Assembly: GCF_002113885.1 (NCBI RefSeq)
Contig: NW_018480040.1
Span: 186,001 to 250,000, forward strand
From: Mizuhopecten yessoensis
Lineage: Eukaryota
Direction: 5' to 3'
DNA length: 64,000 nucleotides
The position numbers and the translations under genes are program-made. Of the stretch, positions 38,677-51,799 are shown in pieces (the stretch's first letter is position 1; the number at the start of each line of letters is the position of its first letter). The notes under the pieces were generated by a model. It worked only from the letters and a program-made list of their open reading frames with translations. It searched no databases and was not told the DNA's origin.

Positions 38677-40876
38677 ATGGCTTTCTATGAAATTGTCCAC
38701 GACTCTCTGGCACGAGTAGATATCCATGTAAACGGATTACCGAGCCAGTTCTTCGACAGGACAAGTGAGTAATTATTGATATAAACGGGGCGGATAAGCG
38801 CACGACAGGGCGAAGGATAGTTGAATCGCACAATTGTAGGCATCATGTGCGGACGATGTGGACATGGTGTGTTAACGTTATTTTAGTGCATTGTGCGGTC
38901 ACAAAACTGTAATTGTAATGCAATGTTGTGATACATGTACTATAGAAATGAAAATATTGATTCATATGGATAACCTGTATATTTTTAATGAAGATTGGGC
39001 TAACATAAATATTCAACTTACTTCTTGGCCTTGTGCATTACTTGAAATCCTATTTAAGGCTGCATATACAAAACTGTTTAAAAGTGAGAATCAATTTGTA
39101 TTACTTTGTAGGTCAGATTTTGAAAAAGTTTAGCTTGTTTAAAGGAAAGTATCATGCATAAATCTTTGAACATCCTCAAAGAACCTATGTTCAACTGAAA
39201 ATACATTATGTACACCCAGTGTGCATTGTCGTAGTAGGGGTATATCGGCATTGTCATGAACAGGCATTGGGAAAACTCTCCAGCGGCGGATTCAGGATTT
39301 CTAAAGGGAGAGGGGCGTCTACAAAATACCGTATTCTTTTCTGGTTTTAATAATGTGGTTGCGGAATTTGCCTCATTTCCTGATCCTCGAAATTCCCTAA
39401 GTTACCCTCACTTACGTTCTCTGCAGCCCTTGGAAATATAATGGCGAAATCGACGGCTTTGTATGTGCCACCTTGTTGATAGTTTGAACCTGTGAGGTAC
39501 ATCAAAAGAAATCTGCGGCTGCGTAACAAGAAGATTAACCGGCTATGAGGACGGGTGTCGCCCCGCTGTATTCTTTATTGTGATTTAAATTGTAATAAGA
39601 TTTACTTGCTTTGTCAAAAATGCGAATGTTCAGTGTAAGTAATTATATAAGCAGTATATGGTTAAAACGGAGTAACATTAGAAAAAAATATTAACAACAA
39701 TGCACAATTGCATCAAAAATGCTATTGTTATTATTTTCTGTTTGATATAAATTTCCGTCACAGTTACTTGTGTGTGGCATGAAGTATGCTTGTAATGTAG
39801 CCTCTAGTAATTATCAGTACACGGAGGACAAGTGCCTAATTAGGGGGGCCACTGTCCTTCGAAAGGCAGTGATCACCTCAGCGTTTAGGCACTTGTTTTA
39901 ACCTTGAACAAAATGAAATAGCTTACCGCCTGTCTTCGATTTTGTCATGGGGTAATACAAAGGGCAGGGGAGGTTAGTGAGCGTAACCTCTAAAGCTTGA
40001 GTATGTACTTCCTGGATCTGTCACTGCTCTGATGAATTTTCTTTGTGTCATTTTTATCGTCTTTAATGCATAATCACTTAAATTATTGTTGCAGATAATT
40101 TATCGGTTTGGAGTATCGTCGAGCTTTTTTTGAATGCTGGAAGCCCTCCTAATGTTAAAGAGTTTACCAGAAGACAGGATCTGTATAGGACGCGCCAGAT
40201 AATGCAATTTGTTGTACAAATATCCTGTTCTGTAACACCGGAAATCCATTTGATTTCAAAATACAATAAATCAACCAACAGATTAGTCATGTCAACTGAT
40301 ATTCATGAATTTGGCACGAGTTCTTTCAGTTTGAAAAGCTCAATGTCTAATCGCGAGACAAAAGAGAAACTTGGTGATTTCTTTATTAAACTCGTCACAG
40401 TGAACATGAAAACCAGGAAATCATGTCCTTTGCCTAAATGGTATGTGGAAAAATTCAGAGATGTACCGGGTTTCAATACCAATCCTCCGTATCCAAAGCC
40501 AAAGATACCGGAAATGCCCGAAGTTATATATCACGTGACCGTTACGGCACGATTCAGTGATATGGATGGGAATAACCACGTGACCACACATCGTTATATG
40601 CAGTTTTTCACTGACTGCGCAACAGAAGCAGCCAATTGTGGATTTTACAAACATTTCACTAACGACATGTGCTGGTATCCTGTTGAAACGTTTGATGTCA
40701 CTTTACTAGGCGAAAGTAAAGTTGGTGACAAGTTACGTGTATGTACGTGGCAAGACGGTGCTGATATTCAAAGAGTATATTTCAACTGCTTCAATGACGG
40801 TAAATGTGTGATGAAAGCATCGTTTGTCTATGGGCTGAACACAATTACTCCAAAAATTCCCCCACACTATTTATAA
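38677..40876 (+). CDS. Divergent thioesterase paralog F (289 aa, no canonical PTS1); exons 38677-38764 and 40095-40876
   Basis: MAFYEIVHDSLARVDIHVNGLPSQFFDRT|(N)NLSVWSIVELF, with the same phase-1 intron position as A-E. Carries RFSDMDGNNHV, MCWYPV, LLGES and TWQD motifs. Confidence 0.85.
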
Positions 40877-42391
40877 TGAGTCAACCTAAACCTATGCCGT
40901 TCTACTTTCGGAATACGAAACAAAACAAAACTGAGAAATGCTAAAGAGAGCCATTGTGTGTCAATACATCCGTTGCTAGGAGACTGTCTCTAGGCCCTCA
41001 ACACGTACAGTTTAGACAGATAAAACAACCAAGAAACCCCATTGACCAAATGTACATATTTATAATTCAATCGGTTTTCAGTGGACAATGTTCCCGGTGG
41101 TAATGTTATTAAAGACATTAGTTAGTTCACTAATGTATTTTTTGTTTTTCTTTATGTTTCCATCCCCAGCTTTTCGGGGAAAATGGGGGATATTAATTTG
41201 GCTCCGTCCCTCTGTCTTGTTTTAGTGCGCTAATATGATCCGATTTCAACAAAATGTGGTGTGTATATACAAATTTACATGGTTGGGGTGTAGTTTGATC
41301 GTAAAAATCTACACTGTAAGTGAGATTTTTGCATAGTTATGCATACTGAATGAGATTATAAACTTGTGATTGGCTAATTGGTTTCCGTGCAATAACGTTC
41401 CTACTAATGGGTAGATTTCGACGGAATAGGTTTTGCACATACATGTTGACATGTCTCGGGTTAAGTTCGATCGCGAATATGATCCATGCATGTTTACGCC
41501 TAATTTATGACACCTATACATGAACTAATGAGGTTATAAATTACAATAGACTACATCTTGAACATGTCCTGCAGTAAGCGAATTGGCTTGTTTTTTCCTT
41601 ATTCAAATATAAACGATGGCGGACAATTTTTGTATTATTGATATAATATTACTTCCCTTGAGCTATAGGTAATGAACTCAATTTCATCCACAGCATTACG
41701 ACAACACTTGCTGAAGATGTATTAAGCTCTGCAATAAACCTCTACATATATACTGTATAGCACTTTAATTCGCGGGGTCAATATTTTGTAGTTTCGTATG
41801 CAGTACATATTCGCGGGGTTAAATTTCCCTGTGCACCCGAATTCCATGTGTCGTGCAAAGTATTTTGAGTGTCATCAACATACTGTTCCCGAGCGTCGTC
41901 ATCTGTCAGTGACATCACTTGTTTTTACATGGACTGCGAAGTTGTATGGTGATAATCTGATTTGAGTTCATTAAAGCTTGCATAACAGCGTGATCACGTG
42001 ATGGCCGAAGAGAGCTGACCAGGTGTGTGATGCGGGTGATTAAAATCGGAATATTCTTCTGAACAAGGACACTGGGAAATGTCTTTTAAAGACAAGTAAG
42101 TTGCCATTACATCATGGAATCATCTTAATCAGAAATTTGAAGTTTGGGTCCTATATAAAAGACATAATTGAGACTTTCTGTGGATTCTTTGTCACATACT
42201 GTTGCTATATTTAGACCGTGTTACCTTGACAGCTATATAATACACTGTGAGCACGGTTCATGCACGTACCTGTCAAACGTTTTGCTATTTGTACCCATCG
42301 AACTTGCTACATCAGTATACATTATGTCTAGTTCTAAATCCAATATTCTAGTTACTTGTGAGACACGACGATAACCCGAGACCAGGCTGAA

Positions 42392-43381
42392 ATGTTCTGT
42401 TCAGGGGTTACGAACAATACCAACATTACCGATCTCAAACGTAATGGGTTGTGTAGCCCTCTTTCCCCCGATGAACATTTGTCATTACCCAAAAGGTCTA
42501 CTAGTGAGAATACGCCGACTTCTAAAACGGATGACCTATCTGATGCCCCGATCCCCAGTCCCGGGCTGAGTCAAATTTTAGACACATTGTACTGTACAGA
42601 ATTCCTCAATAAACTTGTTGACATGTTAGCACCTGCCGTTGCTTCTATTGTAACATTATCGATCGAAAATATTCTAGTGGAACGCGCAAAGCCTCAGATT
42701 GAAGCAACCGTTAACGAACTCGTGTCCGAGCACCTAAACGACGTTGTCGAACGTAAAATTGACGCGGCTATTTCCCCCCTACACACTGAGATCCAACGAC
42801 AGGCCGATGAACTACAGCTCGTTAAAAGCAGACTCCATACGACGGAATGTGACCTTGAGGAACTACAACAGTACTCCCGTAGGACGGCATCGAAATTTCA
42901 TAACGTGCCCATCCCCCCGGGTGGGGTCCAAGAGCTCGATCCATACCGAGCAGTTGTAGCAATATCCAACGACATCGGGGTTCGCCTCGACGCTAATGAC
43001 ATCTCGAGAGCCCACGTGATAGGCACTCCGAGGAACCAGAGGATCACTGTTATCGCTCGGTTTATCCGATAAACGGACAGACAACGCGTCTACGACAACC
43101 GGTTTCAGCTAAAGAACCATAGACATCACATACTAATTACAGAGAGCCTCACCAGACCCAGACAGAAACTAGTATCGAGACTGAACATTCTTCGAAAAGA
43201 CGGCAAAATCAATTCATTTAGAACAGCAGATGGCCGTATTTATTGCAAGAAAACACAATCCGCGCGGAAAATCGAAATCTTTTCTCCCCAGTGCGTTGAC
43301 AAACTTGCAAATCCTGTGGTTGGACCAGATCCAGCATCTCTAAACCATCAGCCACAAAGTCCATCGGTAACCCATAGGTAA
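42392..43381 (+). pseudogene. LINE ORF1 (coiled-coil/RRM-type) with one in-frame stop at 43070-43072
   Basis: LEELQQYSRR and ISRAHVIG...IARF motifs. Reading through the stop gives ILITESLTRPRQKL...FRTADGRIY, typical ORF1 C-terminal motifs. Confidence 0.8.
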
Positions 43382-45311
43382 TTGACACAATCACTTGTAA
43401 ATATGTACATGTACATATTTGGACAAATCACCCAGTGAATACATTATGTATACATAAATACACAAAGATCAACTGTTTAATATATATTAGTGTGTATCCA
43501 TGTCGTACGCTGACTTGATACAGGTACCTGGCGCTCGGCCGGGAACTTTTAGTGGAGACTGGTTACACTTACCATATGTATAACGAACATGCGGGTATGT
43601 GCGTGTACGCGTACCCAATACATGCATATGAGCATCCGGTAAGATGCATATACATGTACTACACGTATTGGGTGTGTTCGAACATACTTATCTCCAGTCT
43701 CCTCATCAGTCTCCTGGTTCGTCGGGGCCCCCTTTTCAAAGAAAGTCGTGGTAATACTTGCCTGTATGTATTGACTTACCTGTGTGTTTGTGAACCATAT
43801 GTGTGTACCTTTACGCGTAGCAACATAATGTATACTACTATATATACCAAGATCATTGAGAATTCGCAAGACTAGTCCATTCACGTATCCACTTTATACT
43901 CCAGACACATTTTTACGGCTACTAATGGCGTTCACCGCCACCCCGGCCTCCCCCCCCNACACATACCCACCTACACATGGAGAAGGTAGCATCCTGGTAG
44001 GTGGCCATGGCTTTATTCCAATGTTGCTGAAGTAGAAAAAGAACTAGATGTATATATGTATATGTGTGTGTGTATACGAGTATAGGTGCAAGTGCCCTAG
44101 TGGTTAGGTGCACTATGTGTTTGCATGTGTGTGCACATATGTGCTTATGTTATGAATGTATATGGGATTGTTTTGTGCCAGCGTGCGTGCTTATATGTAA
44201 TTGTATATCTACACGTACATATGAAAACCACGACAAATTGTGTAAACATATGAAATATGTAAATATTTTACCTTCAAATTATGTGTTTACCCCAGCAATC
44301 CTTAAACAAGTGTTTTTCCCCCGCCATATGTTAGCATTGCATTCATACTTACATTCGTGTTTACATGGATGTCAATTGATGTGCATTCATGTTTTGATTC
44401 ATAGCTATATTGTGTCAATTTATGTGTATTTATGTTTTGATTCATGGCTATATTGTGTTTATATTTCATATTTCAAATAACTATGTTTCCACTCGATCTT
44501 ACCATAACGCCTATTCGTGTTGATTCATGTTTTCACTCACGCTCATTGATGTACTTTTATGTGTATTTATGTTTCGATTCAAGGCTATATTGTATATATA
44601 TTTCATATTTCATAGGCTGATTCACTATTGTACATATCATTTACATTAATATCTACATTCCTGTTCATACGTGTTAATTCGTGTTTTACATTCGTTCATC
44701 TTCATATTATAGCCGCATGTTGATATACATGTACTTACATTTTCTCAACTTGCTTATTACTACCCCTCCATCAATGAAAATCAGCGGTGAAAGTAATTCC
44801 AGTACAGCTCCGTCCATATTAAAAATAGTAATACATGAAAATATATTGTTTAGTAACCTGTGCGAGGGATAACGATAACAGTGTATTCGTGTCTGTATTA
44901 TTTTGAAATGCCTTTTTACCTGATTAGCCTCCAATAACGATTAGTAAGTTTCTCCCAGTGTTAAATTTGTATGTATTTAACGTTACCCGCAAGAACATTG
45001 TCTCAACGACAAACAGTGTTTGTTTATGTTGTGTTATTTTGTGTATATCGTTCTAAATCATATCGTTTCCTCTCCCAATACCCCGCCTCTGTCCTTACCG
45101 TCTTTAGCTCTAAATCATCCTTCTCTCCCTTTTCCTCCATTCTCTCTCTTTACTCCTATCTCTCCCTTTTCTTCCCTTCTCTACCTTTTCCTACCTTTAT
45201 ATGTATGCACCTATGACCCCACTGTTCCCGTCAATTCTGAGTACGTAGCCGTACACGTGTGTACATGTGTGGATTACAGACCCGATCGCCGTCCTGTAAC
45301 AGTGTTAATTT

Positions 45312-48300
45312 TTGATGATTGTGGGTAACGATATAGTGTCCTACAGAGCGGCGATCGGCTGTATCTACCTTCGTACACACAGTGGCCTATCTAAAAAACA
45401 GTATATTTTCTACATAAATCTCCGTAAATTACTAGGTGGATGCATGCTCGGTATAATATATGTTCTTACAAAACTGGTATATGCTATACATTTGATCTTA
45501 TCTAGCGTTATTGATAATTCGAACGTTCTGTTTATTCTCCAACTCCTTCTCTTATCTAGTAATGATGTACATCCAAATCCAGGACCTGATGATCTCCACA
45601 AAGACTATTCTATTTTCCACCTTAATATTCGCAGTCTTAGAAATAAGTTATCTTACCTAGAACATGTAGCGTCGGACTTTGATGTTGTCAGTATTACTGA
45701 GACCCATCTTGAAATATCCATAGCAGATGATGACGTACTCCTAGATGGTTATGATATGTACCGTAAAGACCGTGGAACACCGGGTGGGGGGATAAATGTT
45801 TACACTTCCAGCCTCATGTGCACACGTCGTCGAACTGACCTGGAATTCCAGGTAGGTGAAGTTGTATGGGTAGAGATCCAGTTTCCAAACAAGAAATTTC
45901 TTTTATGCACAGTATATAGACCTCCAAACTGTGTACAAGCTTTCTTGGATTTCTTCCGACTTTCTGTAGAAACAGCCATGAATGAGACACCGTATGTTGT
46001 TATAGTTGGTGATATTAATGTTGACCTTCTTACAGTAGATAATAATCACTCACTCGTTGATATAATGAACTTTTTTCACCTGACGAACGTTATCGACAGA
46101 CCGACACGAATTGGACGCACGCGCTGCACACTTCTTGACCCCATTCTTCTATCAGACACTTGTACTTTTACAATAGCCGACATAATAGAGATAGACCGTG
46201 AAATTTCGGACCATGAAGCGACATCTGTAGAACTAAATATAGGGACTAAAATTGTTAGAAAATATGAAAGAAAAATATTATGCTATAAAGACGCAGATTA
46301 CGAACGTTTTAACAGCTTACTTGTAGCAACGGACTGGACTGATCTATTTTTGAGAACCCATTCCCCGGACGACATGTGTGACACTTTACATCTAGATATT
46401 TAGAAATAGCTGATGAGTGTATTCCTTCTAAAGTAGTCACAATCAGACCTAATGACAAACCTTGGTTTAACTCTGACATGAGACGTGAAATTAGGAAAAG
46501 AGACAGACTTCTCCATAAATATAAATCCAATCGCACTCCACATAATTTGAACAACTTTAGGAAACAGCGAAATAGCGTTAACAATCTTAAAAAAGGACAA
46601 AAGAATTATTTTACGCGGACATTAACGGTCTTTTAGACACTTTTAGTGATACAAATCCCAGAAATGCTTGGAAACTTGTCCGCAGATTAATAAAATCATC
46701 TCAAACGTCTGGTAGTATACCGCCATTACGGAGTGCGACTGGAAACATAGAAATGGATGACGACATAAAGACTAACATACTTAATGACTACTTTGCTTCT
46801 ATTTCTACTATCGACGATACTGACACAGACGTACCTGTTATAGAATCCAGAACAGACTCGACTATCTCAGACATACCCTTTAATATTAATGACATTATTG
46901 ACATACTCAAAACTTTAAAAATTGGTAAAGCTGTAGGAAATGATACAATTAGTCATAATATGTTAAAGAACACTGCTAATTCAGTTGCTTATCCGCTATC
47001 TTTAATCTTTCGTTCTTTTTTAGAGACTGGATCTTTCCCCAGACAATGGAAGCTTGCTCTAGTGATGCCAATTTTTAAAAAAGGAGATAAACAAGACCCC
47101 TCAAATTATAGACCTATTGCATTGCTAAGTACTGTTGGTAAGGTTTTTGAAAGATTAGTTGCTAAACATTTACATAGCTATCTTTTAGAGAATTATCTTA
47201 TATATAAGTATCAGTCAGGTTTTCAACCAGGTCATTCTACCGTACACCAGCTTATAGAAATATACCACAACGTGTGCGACAATCTTGAAAAAAGCAACCC
47301 ACCTGTTAAGTCTTTTGTGATATTTCTAAGGCATTCGATCGAGTGTGGCACAGGGGGCTGGGGGTGAAAATAGCTAGCTATGGAATATCGGGTAAGTTAT
47401 TGGAATGGTTAATTGATTAAATTACAAATAGATCTCGACAAGTATTTTTTGGAAACAGTAAATCCTCTGTTAAGACAACTTATGCAGGAGTACCTCAGGG
47501 TTCAGTCTTAGGTCCGTTGTTGTTCATACTTTATATTAATGATATAACAGATAATTTAGAAAGCTTATCAAAACTTTTTGCAGATGATACTTCTCTATTA
47601 TGTTCAGATAAATCCCCACAAATATTAGAACAAAAAATTAATAACGATCTAAGAAATATTCAATTGTGGGCTGATAAATGGTTAGTTAGTTTTAATCCTG
47701 CAAAAACAGAGGCTTTACTTATTTCTAATATAGAACTAGATCACCTGATTGAAATAGATTTTAATAATATCAGTATAGACTTTGTTGATAACCATAAACA
47801 TCTGGGAGTATTCATCGATGCTAACTGTAAGTGGAGCTATCATATTGACAATATTTGTAAAAAAGTAGTCAAGCAGTTAGGTGTTCTCCGTAAATTGAAA
47901 TATAATCTAAACCGCCGTACATTAAATAAGATATATAGATCGTTTATACTTCCTATTCTAGAATATTGCTGTGAAGTTTGGGATGGTTGTACTCTTACTG
48001 ATACAGACAAGTTAGAAAAGTTACAATTAGAGGCAGGACGTATTGTCACCGGTTTACCTTCCTATGCTAGTAGACAATCTATATATACTGAAACGGGATG
48101 GGAATCCCTAGCCCACCGGAGGTCCCGTCGGAAACTGCAATTATTTTATAAAATTCATCATAATATTACTCCTAACTATCTAAACACTCTACTACCTCCT
48201 CTTGTCGAAAATGCTCGATATAATCTTAGAAACGCCGAAAACTACAACCTGCCTAACAACAGACTAGAGTTATCTAACATGTCTTACTTTCCTTCTACTA

Positions 48301-48728
48301 TTAGACTCTGGAATCAGTTAACTTTAAGTATTAGGCATAGCTCATCTTTTTCATCGTTTAAAAATGCCATTAGAGACAAACATTTGCCCCATGTACCCAA
48401 TTACTTTTTCTACGGTGATAGAAAAAATAACATCCTACATACAAAACTAAGAAACCGTTCTAGCACTTTGAAAAACGATCTATTCCGAGTTAACCTGGTT
48501 GATGACCAACGTTGTATGTGTGGTTACCCTATTGAAGACACCTTCCATTTCTTTTTTAACTGTGATAATTATGTTGAACAGAGAATTAAACTTTATCGTG
48601 AACTGAATGCATACATCCCCCTTACATTGAATCTACTTCTTTTTGGAGATATAACAATTTCGGAACAAGAAAACAAAATTATATTCATGAATACTCAGCA
48701 ATATATACAAGACTCGAACAGATTTTAA
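45312..48728 (+). pseudogene. LINE ORF2: 2A-like peptide, APE endonuclease and reverse transcriptase; frameshifted near 46385, 46590 and 47300
   Basis: Endonuclease motifs HLNIRSL, ITETHL, YRPP, GDINVD and SDH. RT motifs KPWF, NYRPIALLS, QSGF, GVPQGSVLGPLLF, LFADD and HKHLG, plus a C-terminal C-x-C...H...C motif. Confidence 0.92.
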
Positions 48729-51700
48729 CACCCTTCANGGAGAAGGAACAACCACGTGGTCTGATATATATTTTCTTAAATTTACAGTCTTGTTGCAGTA
48801 CTTATCTAGTAATCTCAAAACATCGGACCCTCTAACCCCTTCCTCCCTCTCCTCCCCTCTCACCATCCCCCTATCTCTCTCTCTTCCTTTATCTACATGT
48901 GCATGTTTATACTTGTGCGCATGTGTGTGGTTCGGTGCGTGAATGTGTGGGTGTATGTATGTCACTGATTAATTAATTTATAATACATAGCTTATTTACG
49001 TAGTTCTGCCATCATGAAATTTTGTTAAAAAAATATTATTGTACAGGGAAAGAGCTTGATATAAGTTGTAAAACTTGTGCCCTATTCCATTGCTATGTAA
49101 AAAAGGCAATAAAATATGTTTAAAACAAAACAAATATAACAGCGTTGGTTAAGGTCCGTAAAAGTGGTTCACATTTTCGATAAATTCGCTGGTGTTTAGA
49201 AGTCGCGGATTTTAGTCAAAGTGCATAACATGACCGCTATACAGTACATTAACTTACAAATTGATATGAGACTAATCAAATGAGTCAGAAATGATTTATT
49301 CTATCGAGGCTCCCAAGATGAGGTATGAAATTATCACATTGTGATACGAATTCAAGAATCTTTATATTTTTAACACGTAACCCAACTTTACACAAAAAAA
49401 TGATAAGAGTATTCTTACTATAATTATTTTGATATAATTAGCGTCTTTATCTAGATCTTCTTGATATTGCCTTCAGTACGACGTTATAATGTTTGATACA
49501 AAGATTCGGTGACAATGTTGGAAATTAACATGTTAGTTATACTGATGAGCCGCACAACTTAAAGCGAGTTAATGTAAAAAATAGTGTCAAATACTTCCTT
49601 AGTTGCTTCAAAATCAGTTCAAACGAATTTAGATGCCATTCAATGATCGTTTACGACAATAAATATGGGAGAATATTTTTTTGAATAGTTTAAAGGTTCA
49701 TTGTATTCCTCCGCGCAAAGCTTCTTTTTGTTTACGTTTATCACAGACCGAGGATTTGCGATCGTTTCTCATTGAGCTTAAGGTTTTTGGAAAACATGGT
49801 GTTAAGTTGACTTTTTTAAATGAAGAAATATATACGGTAGTACGTGGGGTGGCCTCTCGATCTTATCCATGTGCTCACGATGAGAAAATTGTTCTCCCGA
49901 CAAACCATGAAAATACGGTGTGATAACTATAAGTCTGTACTATGTAGCAGTTTTTCTACAATGACAATAAACGGTGTAGCGTTTGGTGAAAAAACACTTA
50001 CAGAGAAACTGGTTCTGATGTCTTTCCTATTGGATGTGTTGATGTCTTCTCCGTTCCACTTGTTTTAATGTTTTGAAAGAAACATGCCTTATGGGTGTTT
50101 TTTTTTCCTTTTGCTTTTTTTCATATATTCCACATATTGTACAATCATAGATTGTCATTTATTTGAACTTAAGTATCCATGTTCAATTACTGTTTTTCCT
50201 ATATATTCTGTAACCTCCTCGTCATTTTGTTTTAGATATAAACGTCAGTACAGTTGTGCAAGTACACTTCCGTTGCCCCTGTAGCTCAGTAGGTATGACC
50301 GATACTAGTAGTTCGAATCACGGTCTCGGCCGGCTTAAATTTTAAACTCTGAACACTGATGTTGATTGTATTCTGTTTATTTCATTTTTTTATTATAATT
50401 ATTATTATTATTATTCATACACGTTCCGCAAAGTATGGTTTTCTTTTCAGAAATGATCTACCTAAGCTATAGTCATGCTGGTAAACATAGTTTCGGTACG
50501 TAGTTGCAGTTTTTGGCAGTGGTACGAGTATCCTTAAATTCATTCCTACGTCACAAAAGGACGAAATATCCATGTGATAGCAGTAAATAGTTAATGACTT
50601 ATTTTATATTTCAATGGACTGACATATTTATTTCGATTGTTATATTTACTATGGTTCATAAATAATTTCTTATTATGTGTTTGTTGTTACCTGTAATTCA
50701 CATTCCGATGACGAAAAACATAACAAGAAATGTACACGATATCCATGAACTAAAGTTTTATTGGGTCTTATATTGCAGTACATAATCTGTATCGTGTTCA
50801 TTAAGGATCCCCGTAAATAATTATTTGCCGTCTAGCCCGCCGTGTAAATAGCGGTCGGCGTTTAATGTCAAACATGAAAAAACAGTGAATTTACAAGTGA
50901 TATACGGACTAACAATGTCACTGCTACCAAATGATTCTCAACCCAACGACAAAGGGGTAAAAAAAACTTTCACAGAGATCAACCTGCTCGCTCAGGAAAA
51001 ACCGGATAAGTTTCCGGAATTCTGCTTCCAATGGCAAGGGAGAGTTAAGATTAACTACTTCCCACTGCAAGTTATCCTCAGGGGTAACACTGGAACCTAT
51101 GCTAAATACTCGTGTACAATACGGACAATGACCGTAACTAAACTACAATAGAGAGAAACATTCGTATGACCACTCTGTACGGGACGACGGCTAGAAATGA
51201 CCACCAACTCGCATTCACTGCGCAACGTCATAGCACACCCAGCACGTGCTACACTAGCTGAACGTGTCGAACAAGACAAATTATTCCTGCTATACTAGCG
51301 AAACGCGGGAATATTTAAATATGAACAACAGTGTTACGATTGTAAAGATTCCGCATGGCTAGACCTTGATTTCGAACCCTGCTTTGCAACCGGATTTATC
51401 ATGGAAAATCATCCTAAGGTCACCTTCGAAAAACAGGTTTATAGAAATTGGGACTAAGAAGGAGCATTGTTATTGAGGAGGAAATTAAGGCCGATTTTAA
51501 AGCTTGATAACTCACCTGACATAATCGAGAAATATGTTCATTATATAATCATGATCATCATTCATTGATTAACTAGCAATAACAACTCCATTTTCTTTAC
51601 CTCCAGTTGCAATTTAGACGACTCGGTAAAAACAAACTTATGATGCAGACTGTGGTAACTTTTATCTAACATAGAGAACGACCTGGAATTTGCTCCCTCC

Positions 51701-51799
51701 TTAAACCGACCATTAACGAGAATGATGGTAATCGTGAAATTGTACATTGTCACCGAGTAAATTCGATACAAATTCGTGATTTATTTCACTTCCTTTTCT

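Larger units (their letters stand above)
41992..49135 (+). mobile_element. Full-length (~7.1 kb) CR1/L2-group non-LTR retrotransposon, decaying
   Basis: ORF1 plus APE-RT ORF2. 3' end AATAAAATATGTTTAAAAC. Flanked by the 10-bp direct repeat ATAACAGCGT (41982-41991 and 49136-49145). Confidence 0.88.
41751..49246. mobile_element. Small TA-flanked DNA-transposon MITE split by the LINE (halves 41751-41991 and 49146-49246)
   Basis: Inverted termini TACTGTATAGC (41751) and GCTATACAGTA (49236-49246), with TTCGC/TCGCGG internal motifs in both halves. Confidence 0.6.

Noticed and set aside
10474-40876. Bacterial contamination or very recent horizontal transfer as the source of the thioesterases
   Set aside because: Shared spliceosomal introns, PTS1 signals and interleaved animal SINEs and MITEs argue against it; an ancient transfer cannot be excluded without a phylogeny.
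41604-41612. Alternative LINE TSD CAAATATAA
   Set aside because: Shorter and AT-rich; it overlaps the tail and would not restore the interrupted MITE, whereas ATAACAGCGT does.
43549-45328. ORFs in the LINE spacer
   Set aside because: Low-complexity TG/TA/CT-derived translations with no motifs.
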